NCBI GenBank assembly: GCA_965213625.1 | Contig: CBDBZU010000004.1 | Location: forward strand, 1,536,001-1,600,000 | From: a bacterium | GTDB lineage: Bacteria > UBA8248 | Length of the DNA: 64,000 bases | Reading direction: 5' to 3' | In this document: piece by piece, positions 1-9,547 of the stretch | How the letters are laid out: each line of letters starts with the position of its first letter | Numbering within the stretch: the stretch's first letter is position 1 | Translations under genes and position numbers: made by a program | The notes under the pieces: model-generated | Told to the model about the DNA's origin: nothing | Database searches by the model: none | The model's input: only the letters and a program-made list of their open reading frames with translations

Positions 1-834
1 GTGTTCGGCCCCGTGGACGACGGGGAGAGCAACCGCGCCCTGCACGCCGCTATCGATTCGGGCATGAACTTCATCGACACCTCTGACGCATACGGCGCCG
101 GCCACAGCGAGACTGTCATCGGCAAGTTCCTCACCGAGCGCACGGACCGCGCCGACATCCTCATCTTCACCAAGGGCGGGAACGACATGTCGACGGGCGC
201 GCGCAATTTCACGCCCGAGTACATCGGGGGCTGTCTGGAGGGGAGCTTGAAGCGTCTCGGGATGGACGCCATCGACTACTACCAGCTTCACAACCCCACC
301 GTCGACAACATGGCGGCGGAGGACAGCTACGCCCTTCTGGAGAAGGCGAAGGACGACGGGAAGATCAAGCACTGGGGCGTTTCGATAAACACGGTGGAGG
401 AATGCAACCTGGCCGCGGATCAGAACAAGCCCTCCACTATGCAGATGGAATACAACGTCATCAGCCAGGAGGCGGCGCCAGCCTTCGCCCGCGCGAAAGC
501 GGCAGACGTGGGCGTAATTTCCCGCGTACCCCTGAAGCGGGGCTTTCTCTCGGGCCGCATCGACGAGGCGTTCGAGTTCGCCGAAGGCGACCGGCGAAAG
601 GGCATCCTCTCGCCCGAGAACATCCGCAAGTTCCAGACCCAGCTCTCCCGCACCAGCGAGGTGGCGGCGAACCTGGGCATTACGGCGGCCCAGGCGGCCA
701 TACGGTTTTGCGTCTCGAACGAGAACGTGAGCTGCGTGATTCCGGGCATCAGGACGCCCGAGCAGTCCGAGCAGAACGCCGCATGCGGCGAATCCCTGCC
801 CGCCGAAGCCGTCAGGAGGCTCCAGGAGGTCTAG
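1..834 (+). CDS. Aldo/keto reductase (5'-truncated by window edge)
   Basis: GMNFIDTSDAYGAGHSE, TKGG, SLKRLGMDAIDYYQLH and VIPG AKR motifs. Confidence 0.9.
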   Translation: MFGPVDDGESNRALHAAIDSGMNFIDTSDAYGAGHSETVIGKFLTERTDRADILIFTKGGNDMSTGARNFTPEYIGGCLEGSLKRLGMDAIDYYQLHNPTVDNMAAEDSYALLEKAKDDGKIKHWGVSINTVEECNLAADQNKPSTMQMEYNVISQEAAPAFARAKAADVGVISRVPLKRGFLSGRIDEAFEFAEGDRRKGILSPENIRKFQTQLSRTSEVAANLGITAAQAAIRFCVSNENVSCVIPGIRTPEQSEQNAACGESLPAEAVRRLQEV

Positions 835-861
835 GTTAGTGCAGGAGGGCGCAATGGTTTT

Positions 862-938
862 GTAGGGACAACCCTCCGTGGTTGTCCTGCCTTCCTTGGT
901 TGTCCTTCGTCAGGACAGGCACGGAGGCCTGTCCCTAC
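862..938. repeat. GTAG-tagged REP-like palindrome doublet
   Basis: GTAGGGACAACCCTCCGTGGTTGTCC ... GGACAGGCACGGAGGCCTGTCCCTAC; related copies at 4877, 20347, 42460 and 47046. Confidence 0.8.
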
Positions 939-1053
939 GTTGAACAGTTCGATGATCGGGATTCCCTCCCTCCTCGGGAGAGAGACTTTTTAACAATCCC
1001 GTGACGTTCAAGACGCCGTAATTTCTTTGTTGTGGACAATGGAGGAGACGAAA

Positions 1054-1455
1054 ATGCCTGTGACGAATTGGGACGAACTGCCTGTCAAGGTGCCGTTCCC
1101 GGGGGTGGAAGTGGGCCTCGTGAGCGGGAAGCACTGCATGATCAGCTACATCCACGCGAAAGGCGGGAATTCCACCCGCAGGCACCACCATGAGGCGGAG
1201 CAGATTTTCTGCCTCATCAGCGGCTCCGCCCGCGTGCAGTGTGGAGACGACCCGGTGGCGGTCTTGAAGCCGGGCGACGTCTGGTACGTGCCGCCGCACA
1301 CCGAGCACCAGGCGGACTATCTCGAAGACACGGTGGCCTTCGAGGCCGCAGGCCCCATACGGCTGGACAACTTCGCCGGCTACCTGCACCCGGACACGCA
1401 TTTCGTCGAGCAAAGCGACCTCGCGGCGGACATGGAGCGGGAACAGGCCGGGTAA
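1054..1455 (+). CDS. Cupin domain protein
   Basis: HHHEAEQ and GDVWYVPPHTEH cupin motifs; GGAGG SD before ATG at 1054. Confidence 0.88.
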   Translation: MPVTNWDELPVKVPFPGVEVGLVSGKHCMISYIHAKGGNSTRRHHHEAEQIFCLISGSARVQCGDDPVAVLKPGDVWYVPPHTEHQADYLEDTVAFEAAGPIRLDNFAGYLHPDTHFVEQSDLAADMEREQAG

Positions 1456-1505
1456 GGGAGTTTCCGGTTTTCGCTTTGCCCGCATGCCCGACGGCAAAAA
1501 AGAAT

Positions 1506-1810
1506 AACCCCCCTGCCCCTTTATCAGGGGGGCTGTGATTTTACCCCTCTGTCAAGGGGGGATACAGGGGGTTGGTTTTTCTCGTAGGGGCGGACCTATG
1601 TGTCCGCCCGGTTGGCTCATTGCCCGAGATAAACCACCGCCATTCCTGCGAAAGCCGGAATCCATGTGATTTTGCCTTTGGTGTTGCGCTGTAGCCGGCC
1701 GGAAATAATTTCGAATTGGGACAGAAATAACTGCGAATGGCCTTGGAAAAACGCCGGTTTTCGGGCCATGGGTCACTTGTAAATCGAGGCGGATTCCTCA
1801 GCAGCCCTCT
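1506..1810. repeat. Composite repeat patch (C/G-run hairpins, GTAG REP, CGTC-type palindrome, TIR-like end)
   Basis: TTTTACCCCTCTGTCAAGGGGGGATACAGGGGG resembles 14471-14502; GTAG REP at 1584-1609; CGCCATTCCTGCGAAAGCCGGAATCCA at 1638-1664. Confidence 0.6.
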
Positions 1811-2025
1811 CCGCGTCATCGCTCCAATCGCCCTCGCACTTGTAGGGAAAACTCAATATCACAACGGAGTCGGGTTTGACTCTGCCATGCTCGCCGTCCG
1901 CGCCACCTCCTTGGTCCGCGCGCAAACTATCCCTGAGCGGATAGACTGAAGAACTTGCTCTTGCTGAGGAGTTGTTCCACCGGTAGAGTGATGCGGACGT
2001 TCGAGGCCCCGCGCGGAATGGAGGG

Positions 2026-3894
2026 ATGATGACGGAACGCAAGCCAAAATCCCGCCACGAGTCGATAAAGGCGGGCGATTTCTTTCGTGTCGGCATGCTG
2101 GATGAGCTGAAACGCAATCGCATGAAAGTGGTGAGCGGCCGGCGCCATCCCATCCTTGTGGTGTATGAGCAGGGCTGCCTTCACGCGCTCGACAACCGCT
2201 GTCCCCATCTCGGCTTCCCGCTCCAACGGGGGTCGGTGGAGAACGGCATCCTCACCTGCCACTGGCATCACGCCCGCTTCGATCTCGAGAGCGGTTGTAC
2301 CTTTGATCTGTGGGCCGACGATGTGCCGAGGGCCAAGGTCGAGGTGCGAGGCGATGCGGTCTGGGTCGCGGCCGATTGCAGTTATCCTGACGAGGGCGAC
2401 TATTGGCGCACGCGGCTCGGCGACGCCATGGCGCACGACCTGGATCTGGTAGCCGGGAAGGCGGTGCTCGGACTGCTCGATCAATCCGTTGCGAGCGCCG
2501 ATATCCTCGCCGATGCCTTCCTGTTCGGCGCGCGGAATCGCGATGACTGGAGTGCCGGTTCTACGATTCTGGCCGCGTTGGCGAACGTGTTGCCGAGCCT
2601 CGATGAGGACGACCGCTATCTCGCGCTGTTCAAGGGCATCTCCGAGGTGGCCGGCGACTGTGCCGGCGAGATGCCGCGCCGCGACCGCAAGCCCTTAGCC
2701 AAGGCCGCGCCGTCGCGGGACACCATGCGGGACTGGCTCCGGCACTGGTCCCTGGTGCGTCACCGTGACGGCGCGGAGCGCACCGTGCTGACCGCGATCG
2801 CCGCCGGTGCGATGCCCGCGGAGCTCGCCGATCTCCTGATCACCGCACAGACCGATCGCTACTATGCCGATCGCGGCCACAGCCTCGATTTCATCAACAA
2901 GGCGATGGAGTGCCTCGATACCATCGGCTGGCAACACGCCGAGGCTATCCTTCCCACGGTGGTCAAGACCATGGTGGCAGCGCGCGGCGAGGAGGAGGCG
3001 AACGCCTGGCGCCACCCGCTCGATCTGGTGCCCCTCCTGGAGGCGGCCTTCGCCGAGCTTCCCGAGCTTTTCAGGAAGGGGGGCGAGACGAAGGGCGTCT
3101 GGCGGGATCACCGCGTGCTGGCCGGGGCAATCCTCGGTGAGGAGGCCGAGCCCATCATCGCCGCCATCAACGCCGCCATCGCCGCTGGCGCCCGGCCGAC
3201 GGACCTGTCCCGCGCGCTCGCTTATGCGGCGGCGATCCGCGTGGCGCGCTTCGGCACCTCGAACGAGTTTTCCGACTGGAACGCGGCGCTTCACGCCTTC
3301 ACCTACGCAAACGCATTGCATCAGGTTCTAAAGCGTATCACCGCGGAGGGCATGGCGCCGCCCGAGGCCCATGGCAACGTTGTACGCGGCGTGTTCCACG
3401 GCGCCATGGCGGTCTATACGAACCGCTTTCTCAATGTGCCCCCGGCTCGACTGCCGGAGGAGGAGCCTGCGTCGTTGGCCCAACTCCCCGTGGACGCGAC
3501 GGCGCTCCGTCGGGGCCTGCTCGATGTGATGGACCGCCAGCAGCAGGTCCAGCCGGCGGCGCGGCTGGTCGCTCGGTATTTGAACCAGGGCCACGATCCC
3601 GCAGATATCATCGCGACGCTAGGCCATGCGCTCCTGCGCGAGGACGCGAGCTTTCACATGTTCCAAATGTACGAGGCGGGCGTGCAACAGTACCGCGAGT
3701 GGGCGGGTGAGCCCGAAGGCGGTCACATTCTGATAGCCGTGACCCGCTTTCTCGCCGCGCATTCCCCGACCCAGCGCGCCAGGCACCAGACCGCGACCAT
3801 CGCCCGCCGGCTGCATCGCGGGGACAGCGTGCATGAGAGCGAGGGCGGGGACGCGGCCGATCCGGATGCCCTGTCCGATTCGGCTGCGAAATAG
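2026..3894 (+). CDS. Rieske [2Fe-2S] domain protein with large helical C-terminal region
   Basis: NRCPHLG...LTCHWHHARFDL Rieske motif in the first ~110 aa, followed by ~500 aa predicted helical. Confidence 0.85.
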   Translation: MMTERKPKSRHESIKAGDFFRVGMLDELKRNRMKVVSGRRHPILVVYEQGCLHALDNRCPHLGFPLQRGSVENGILTCHWHHARFDLESGCTFDLWADDVPRAKVEVRGDAVWVAADCSYPDEGDYWRTRLGDAMAHDLDLVAGKAVLGLLDQSVASADILADAFLFGARNRDDWSAGSTILAALANVLPSLDEDDRYLALFKGISEVAGDCAGEMPRRDRKPLAKAAPSRDTMRDWLRHWSLVRHRDGAERTVLTAIAAGAMPAELADLLITAQTDRYYADRGHSLDFINKAMECLDTIGWQHAEAILPTVVKTMVAARGEEEANAWRHPLDLVPLLEAAFAELPELFRKGGETKGVWRDHRVLAGAILGEEAEPIIAAINAAIAAGARPTDLSRALAYAAAIRVARFGTSNEFSDWNAALHAFTYANALHQVLKRITAEGMAPPEAHGNVVRGVFHGAMAVYTNRFLNVPPARLPEEEPASLAQLPVDATALRRGLLDVMDRQQQVQPAARLVARYLNQGHDPADIIATLGHALLREDASFHMFQMYEAGVQQYREWAGEPEGGHILIAVTRFLAAHSPTQRARHQTATIARRLHRGDSVHESEGGDAADPDALSDSAAK

Positions 3895-3957
3895 GTTTGG
3901 ACGAATGCCGACGCCTTTCGCTTCGAGACCATCCGGCCCGCTCGCTATACGGGGCGC

Positions 3958-4122
3958 ACGCCGCAGGCCGCGCACCAAGCGGATTACCTCGTAGACACGG
4001 TGGCCTTCGAGGCCACAGGCCCCATACGGCTGGACAATTTCGCGGGCTGCCTCCACCCGGACACGCAATTCGTCGATCAAAGGGAACTGGCGGCGGACAT
4101 GGATTGGGAGCAAGCCGGGTAG
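3958..4122 (+). pseudogene. Diverged copy of the 3' 165 nt of the cupin gene (1291-1455)
   Basis: Ungapped manual alignment, 23 differences in 165 nt; translates HQADYLVDTVAFEATGPIRLDNF...EQAG*. Confidence 0.85.
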
Positions 4123-4365
4123 GGATGCGTGGTAAACGGGCACGAGAAATGGAATTTGTAGCCGGACAGGTCCTCGCGTCTGTCCTTACGACCCCGCGAC
4201 CGCTGATGGCCGTCATTGTGGTAAACTCGACCGCAGGCGCGAATCGGCGGTTCTTGAATGAGCGTTGTGGAGAACCGGATCATAAGTTCGGATGAACGCA
4301 TATGGGTCGGGCCTTAAAGGTAATAAATTGTATTTGACCGACGTCGAGCGAAGGGAGGAAAAATC

Positions 4366-4569
4366 GTGAAACTCAAGGTAGTCGTTCACGAGGCGGAAGA
4401 AGGTGGATTTTGGGCCGAGGTCCCGGCCGTCCCCGGGTGTGCGACGCAGGGAGATACGTTCGAGGAGTTGTTGAGCAATCTTTACGAGGCGGTAGAAGGA
4501 TGCCTGTCCGTGGATGTTCGTGAAGTGGACGTTTCGGGCGCAGGCAGGGTCGTCGAGATCGCCGTGTGA
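4366..4569 (+). CDS. hicB: HicB-family antitoxin (short)
   Basis: EEGGFWAEVPAVPGCATQGDTFEE signature; GTGA overlap with the toxin gene. Confidence 0.88.
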   Translation: MKLKVVVHEAEEGGFWAEVPAVPGCATQGDTFEELLSNLYEAVEGCLSVDVREVDVSGAGRVVEIAV

Positions 4570-4772
4570 AAATCGTCAGTGGAAAGCGCTTTTGCCGTAT
4601 ATTGGAAGCGAAGGGCTGGCAACTGGCGCGCACTCGTGGCAGCCACCGCATTTACGCGAAACAGGGTTCGGATTTCCGCATCTCGGTGCCGGTCCATGGC
4701 GACGTGTCGCTTAAGCGCGGCTTGCAGAGACATCTCATGAAGCTGGCGGATATCAAGGATTCCGAACTGTAG
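4566..4772 (+). CDS. hicA: HicA-family mRNA interferase toxin
   Basis: GWQLARTRGSHRIY...ISVPVHG HicA signature. Confidence 0.9.
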   Translation: MKIVSGKRFCRILEAKGWQLARTRGSHRIYAKQGSDFRISVPVHGDVSLKRGLQRHLMKLADIKDSEL

Positions 4773-4876
4773 GCCGGGAGCACGGACGCCGCAATTTACC
4801 CACCCACATCGGCTCTGGCCAACCTGTCGGTCGCCGCCAACATTCGCCGGAATATCGATCAAACGCCGCCTTCACC

Positions 4877-4933
4877 GTAGGGACAGGCCTCCGTGCCTGC
4901 CCGGGGATCGACGCGCCTGCCCGAAACCCCTAC
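4877..4933. repeat. GTAG-tagged REP-like palindrome
   Basis: GTAGGGACAGGCCTCCGTGCCTGCCC ... CCCCTAC between convergent genes. Confidence 0.7.
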
Positions 4934-6183
4934 GTATTCGGCAGAATCGCCGCATCCTCCGCTTCGGGATGAATTTCGCCGAAAGAGAAATTCCTGGTCC
5001 GGCCTCCTGCATCGAAATCGATGATCTCGGCTTCGTGGATTACCTTGTCGATCATCTCCTGTACGGGCAGGCGGGATTCCAGCCCGCGCAGGTGTCCCGC
5101 ATGGGAGCGGATGGCGGGGTGTTTGGGCACGAACAGCGAGCAGCAATCCTGGTCGGGCTCGATGGAAATCTCAAAGGTGCCGAGTTTTTTCGCCCCCTCG
5201 ATTATCTCGTCTTTATCCATGCCGATCAGAGGCCTCAGGATCGGCAACTGCACCGCATCCTCGATGGCGGCCAGGTTATGGAGCGTCTGGCTCGCCACCT
5301 GGCCCAGGCTCTCTCCGGTGACGAGGGCGCGGGCATTCTCGAGCCTGGCTATCTGCTCTGCGATGCGCACCATGAACCGTCGGTAGAGTACGACGCGATA
5401 TTCGGGTTTTGTGGCGAGAACGATCTCTTTTTGCAGGTTCCCGAACGGGATCATGTAGAGCCTGCCGCCCAACTGGTAGCCGTTCAGCACGTGGGCCAGG
5501 TCCTTCGCCTTATCGGCGGATGCGCGGCTTAAATAGGGCGCGCCGTGAAAATGGATGAACACCACCTCGCAGCCCCGCTTCATGATGCGCCAGGCGGCCA
5601 GCGGCGAGTCGATGCCGCCCGACAGGAGCGCCGCCACCCTGCCGACCGAGCCGACGGGCAAGCCGCCGGGACCCGGAATCTTCTCGGCGTACACCCAGGC
5701 TTCCCTTGGAATGACCTCGATGTGCACCGTAAGGCCGGGACGCTCCAGATCGACTGGCAGGTGTCTTCTGGCCTGAATCCTTCCGCCGATCGTCCTGTCC
5801 CACTCCCTCGTGCTGATGGGCGTGGTCGGGAACGATTTCCGGGTCCGCACCCGGAAACTGTTGATTTTCAGGGGAGCGATCATTTCGAGCGCCGTATTCG
5901 CCGCCGCCTCGAGATCGAGCGGAACGCTTTGCGCCCGGGCGAAATAAGCGACCCCGAATACCTTGCCGAGCGCCTCGATCAGGTCGTCGGGCGCTTTGAG
6001 GCCGCTCGTTTCCAGAATCAGCCTTCCCGTACGTTTCCTGACTTTCGCTTCGCAGAATAAGGAAGCCGCGCGCTCTATCCTCTGGGAGAGGCGCTCGATG
6101 AACAGCGGGCGGTTTTTTCCCTTGAGTCCAATCTCATCGTAATGAATGAGGATGGAGAGGTCTTTCGGTTCCCTGGAATTCAC
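4930..6183 (-). CDS. thiI: tRNA 4-thiouridine(8) synthase ThiI (THUMP + PP-loop, no rhodanese domain)
   Basis: HYDEIGLKGKNR, LLSGGIDS, TGESLGQVASQT and DCC motifs; start placed at GTG 6183 (GTGA overlap with upstream gene). Confidence 0.93.
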   Translation of the reverse strand: MNSREPKDLSILIHYDEIGLKGKNRPLFIERLSQRIERAASLFCEAKVRKRTGRLILETSGLKAPDDLIEALGKVFGVAYFARAQSVPLDLEAAANTALEMIAPLKINSFRVRTRKSFPTTPISTREWDRTIGGRIQARRHLPVDLERPGLTVHIEVIPREAWVYAEKIPGPGGLPVGSVGRVAALLSGGIDSPLAAWRIMKRGCEVVFIHFHGAPYLSRASADKAKDLAHVLNGYQLGGRLYMIPFGNLQKEIVLATKPEYRVVLYRRFMVRIAEQIARLENARALVTGESLGQVASQTLHNLAAIEDAVQLPILRPLIGMDKDEIIEGAKKLGTFEISIEPDQDCCSLFVPKHPAIRSHAGHLRGLESRLPVQEMIDKVIHEAEIIDFDAGGRTRNFSFGEIHPEAEDAAILPNT

Positions 6184-6545
6184 GGTGTTTTCTCCAGAAG
6201 AACCTCCTCCCCGGAGCGAACGCTCAAAAATTCTTTCGGATCGCCCATCACTTTGCCCAGCGGATTCACGGGGCTGGCCGCGCGGGGCGCATCGTCCACG
6301 CTCGCAGGCGTTCTGCCGAAAAAGATGCAGAATGCGCCTCCGGGAGGCCAGTAGGCGATCTCTCCGACTTCCATCTCCTCGCGCGCGGAATCCTCCAGCG
6401 GCGCATCGACCGGAATCTGAAAATAGATTTCCTCGCCCCATACGTTCGCCATGCCGGTAATCGGCAAAGCCTCCCACAAGGTGCTCGCGGATTCAGACTC
6501 CTTCAGTTCCGCCTCCATGCTTATGTTGCCGATAGTGATTTGCAT
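6180..6545 (-). CDS. Cyclophilin-like fold protein (DUF369-like)
   Basis: WGEEIYF...GEIAYWPPGGAFCIFFGRTP motif. Confidence 0.8.
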   Translation of the reverse strand: MQITIGNISMEAELKESESASTLWEALPITGMANVWGEEIYFQIPVDAPLEDSAREEMEVGEIAYWPPGGAFCIFFGRTPASVDDAPRAASPVNPLGKVMGDPKEFLSVRSGEEVLLEKTP

Positions 6546-6646
6546 TTTTCTGCTCAAAACCGGAACTCTCCTCATGGTTGGATAATCGCCTTGTTTCTGG
6601 CAACATAGCCGAGCTTCGTCTTGAGGAAAAGGGGCGTTTCATCGCC

Positions 6647-6675
6647 TTGACACCCTTGGGCCTCCTCAATAGATT
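6647..6675 (+). promoter_or_regulatory. Sigma70-type promoter for the ispB-maf operon
   Basis: TTGACA-17 nt-TAGATT. Confidence 0.6.
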
Positions 6676-6763
6676 GAGTTGCTCTTGAGTTCAGCTCTCA
6701 GGGAAATTTGTCGGGAGAAGGAAAACTTCGTTTCGGGAGAAGTTCCAGCAGTTCGGAGGTGGA

Positions 6764-7741
6764 ATGAAATTTTCTGAGATTGCGGATTCAATCGCTTCCG
6801 AGATGAAGGAAGTAGAAGAAGCGATTCATGCGAATTTCCATTCGGACGTCGTCTTGATACCCGATGTAAGCGATTATCTCATTGGTTCCGGCGGTAAGAG
6901 AATCCGCCCGATGCTTCTGGTGCTGGTCGCCAAGGCGTGTGGTTACGAGGGTGCGCGCGCGACCACGATGGGCTGCGTGGTGGAATACATCCACACGGCC
7001 ACCCTCCTGCACGACGACGTGGTAGATGACGCGAAGATGAGGCGGGGCAACCCGTCCGCCAATGCGAAATGGAATAACGAGACGAGCGTCCTGGTGGGTG
7101 ATTTCCTGTTCGCCAAGAGTTTTTCGCTCATGGCCGAAGACGCCGATTTGCGAATCATCAAAACCATGAGCGAAGCCTGCACCCTGCTCTCCGAGGGGGA
7201 AGTGCTCCAACTGGTCAACATGTACAACCTGAAGCTCAAAGAAGAGGAATATCTCGACGTCATCTACCGCAAGACGGCGGCCCTCATCGCCGCGAGTTGC
7301 CGCGTCGGCGCCCTGATCCCCGACAGCCCGCCCACGATGACGAACGCGCTCCATCAGTTCGGCGTTCAGATTGGATACGCTTTTCAACTGGTCGATGACG
7401 CCCTCGATTACATGGGTGATGTGCAAAGAATTGGAAAATCCGTGGGCGAGGACCTGCGCGAGGGGAACGTGACGCTGCCTTTGCTCCGGGTTTGCGCCCG
7501 GGCCACGGAAGCGGAGTTCGAGAAGTTGAATCATCTGGTGGTTCACGCGGATGAGATTCGGGCGGAAGATCTGGATGACGTTCTCGAACTGATGAACAAA
7601 TACGGCGCGGTGAACTACACCCTTGACAGGGCGCGGGGATACGTGGAGGCGGGAAAAGCGGCTCTCTCCATTTTGCCGGATTCCGACCATGTCGACGTGT
7701 TGCGCGACGTCGCCGACTACATTGTCGATCGAGACAATTAG
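6764..7741 (+). CDS. ispB: Long-chain polyprenyl diphosphate synthase (octaprenyl-type)
   Basis: GGKRIRP, LLHDDVVD (FARM) and FQLVDDALD (SARM). Confidence 0.88.
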   Translation: MKFSEIADSIASEMKEVEEAIHANFHSDVVLIPDVSDYLIGSGGKRIRPMLLVLVAKACGYEGARATTMGCVVEYIHTATLLHDDVVDDAKMRRGNPSANAKWNNETSVLVGDFLFAKSFSLMAEDADLRIIKTMSEACTLLSEGEVLQLVNMYNLKLKEEEYLDVIYRKTAALIAASCRVGALIPDSPPTMTNALHQFGVQIGYAFQLVDDALDYMGDVQRIGKSVGEDLREGNVTLPLLRVCARATEAEFEKLNHLVVHADEIRAEDLDDVLELMNKYGAVNYTLDRARGYVEAGKAALSILPDSDHVDVLRDVADYIVDRDN

Positions 7742-7760
7742 CCTTCCGCAGGTCTGATTC

Positions 7761-8366
7761 TTGCGACAGCTTCAGCATTTCATTCTGGCATCGGGTTCTC
7801 CGCGCAGAAAACGTCTCCTGGAAGATGCGGGCCTTGTCTTTGACGTCGTAGGGGCGCCCCCGGACGTGGAGGAGGATGTCGCACCGGGGCTCGGGGCCCA
7901 AGCCGAGGCCAGGAGTCGCGCCCTGGCGAAGGCGAGTTGCGTGGCGAAGACGCATCCGGGCGCGTTCGTGCTCGGAGCCGATACGGTGGTCGTCCTGGAC
8001 GGGGAAATCCTCGGAAAACCATCGAACGCCGACGACGCCTCGCGCATGCTGGGGTTGCTTTCGGGAAGAACGCATGAGGTGATAACCGCGTTCACGCTCC
8101 TGGGGGCGGATTCCCGCCAGGAGGATGCGGTCGCGACGAAGGTTTCTTTCCGGCAAATTGACGAGGAAACCATCGAGCGCTACGTGGATAGCGGCGAGCC
8201 CATGGACAAGGCGGGCGCATACGCCATTCAGGGGTTGGGCGGAGGCCTTGTGGACAAGGTGGAGGGAAGTTACACCAACGTCGTGGGCCTGCCCGTTGCG
8301 GAGGTGTTGAAGGTGTTCATGAGGTGTGGCGTCGTGACGGATGCGCCTCTTCACTCGGCGATATGA
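7761..8366 (+). CDS. maf: Maf nucleoside triphosphate pyrophosphatase
   Basis: ILASGSPRR, GADTVV, DKAGAYAIQG and NVVGLP motifs. Confidence 0.93.
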   Translation: MRQLQHFILASGSPRRKRLLEDAGLVFDVVGAPPDVEEDVAPGLGAQAEARSRALAKASCVAKTHPGAFVLGADTVVVLDGEILGKPSNADDASRMLGLLSGRTHEVITAFTLLGADSRQEDAVATKVSFRQIDEETIERYVDSGEPMDKAGAYAIQGLGGGLVDKVEGSYTNVVGLPVAEVLKVFMRCGVVTDAPLHSAI

Positions 8367-8381
8367 GAAACGGGGATAATT

Positions 8382-9545
8382 ATGCGTTTGGCTGAAAGGA
8401 TGAATCTGCTCAAAACGGAAAGCGCTTTCGTGGTTCTCGCCAAGGCGAGTGAAATGGAACGCCAGGGACGGGACATCATCCATCTGGAGATTGGCGATAC
8501 CGATTTCGACACGCCTTCGAGCATCGTCGATGAAGCGTATGCGCAGTTGAAGGCGGGCCAGACGCACTATTGCCCATCCGCCGGTGTGCTGGAGCTCCGC
8601 GAAGCGGCCTGCGAGTGGCTCAGGCGCGATGGGCGCGGGGAGTATTCGCCGAACGAGATCGTCGTCGGTCCGGGGGGAAAGCCGTTTCTGTACTACACCA
8701 TCATGGCCACGGCGGGACCGGGCGATGAGGTGATTTGTCCGGATCCGGGTTTTCCGGTCTATGAGTCCGTGGCGCTCTATGCGGGCGCGAAGCCCGTGCC
8801 GCTGCCGATACTGGAAGAAAATAATTTTCGCTTCACGCCGGACGACCTGCGCGCGCGCGTCACCGACAAGACCCGCCTCCTCATCCTGAACTATCCGCAC
8901 AACCCCACCGGCGGGACGCTGACGAGAAACGAACTCGAAGCCATTGCCGAGATCGCCGTGGAGAACGACATCATCGTTTTGTCTGATGAAGTGTACGCCC
9001 ACATGCTTTTCGAGGGAGAACATATCTCCCTGGGCACGCTGCCCGGTATGAGAGAACGAACCATCATGCTCGAGACGTTCTCGAAAACTTACGCCATGAC
9101 CGGCTGGCGCCTCGGTTTTATCGCTGCGCCTGAGACGCTTGCCGATCCGCTTGCCCAGCTCATCACCAACTCGGTGAGCTGCGTGCCTCCCTTCATTCAA
9201 CTGGCGGGCGCGAAGGGACTTCTGGAGGATCAGTCCGAGAGCCGCGCCATGATGGACGATTTCAAGCGCAGGCGCGATATCTTTATCGGGGGTCTCAACG
9301 AGGTGGAAGGCATATCCTGCCAATACCCCGACGGCGCTTTCTATGCGTTCCCCAACGTGAGCCGGATTCCCATGAGCGCGGATGATTTCGCCGATTATCT
9401 TCTCGACGATGCGGGGGTGGCGACTCTGCCCGGCTCGGCCTTCGGCGTTCATGCGGACAATCACCTGAGAATGTGCTTCGCCAACAGCGTGGAGAATCTG
9501 GAGCGGGCCGTGGACCGGATCGCGGATGCCGTGAAGCGGTTGTGA
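8382..9545 (+). CDS. PLP-dependent class I/II (aspartate-type) aminotransferase
   Basis: NYPHNPTG, SDEVY and FSKTYAMTGWRLG motifs. Confidence 0.92.
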   Translation: MRLAERMNLLKTESAFVVLAKASEMERQGRDIIHLEIGDTDFDTPSSIVDEAYAQLKAGQTHYCPSAGVLELREAACEWLRRDGRGEYSPNEIVVGPGGKPFLYYTIMATAGPGDEVICPDPGFPVYESVALYAGAKPVPLPILEENNFRFTPDDLRARVTDKTRLLILNYPHNPTGGTLTRNELEAIAEIAVENDIIVLSDEVYAHMLFEGEHISLGTLPGMRERTIMLETFSKTYAMTGWRLGFIAAPETLADPLAQLITNSVSCVPPFIQLAGAKGLLEDQSESRAMMDDFKRRRDIFIGGLNEVEGISCQYPDGAFYAFPNVSRIPMSADDFADYLLDDAGVATLPGSAFGVHADNHLRMCFANSVENLERAVDRIADAVKRL

Positions 9546-9547
9546 AA

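Noticed and set aside
6184-6477. N-terminal extension of ThiI in the ORF track (515 aa)
   Set aside because: It overlaps the cyclophilin-like gene in another frame; ThiI homology starts at GTG 6183
6690-6760. CTCTCAGG and repeated TCGGGAGAAG upstream of ispB resembling a glycine riboswitch
   Set aside because: Too short, motif order wrong, and the downstream gene is unrelated to glycine metabolism
7284-9464. 726-aa minus-strand ORF and similar long antisense ORFs (e.g. 10543-11895, 17904-19205, 44178-47186, 50900-51931, 52446-53426)
   Set aside because: Shadow frames opposite well-supported genes in high-GC DNA, with no recognisable motifs
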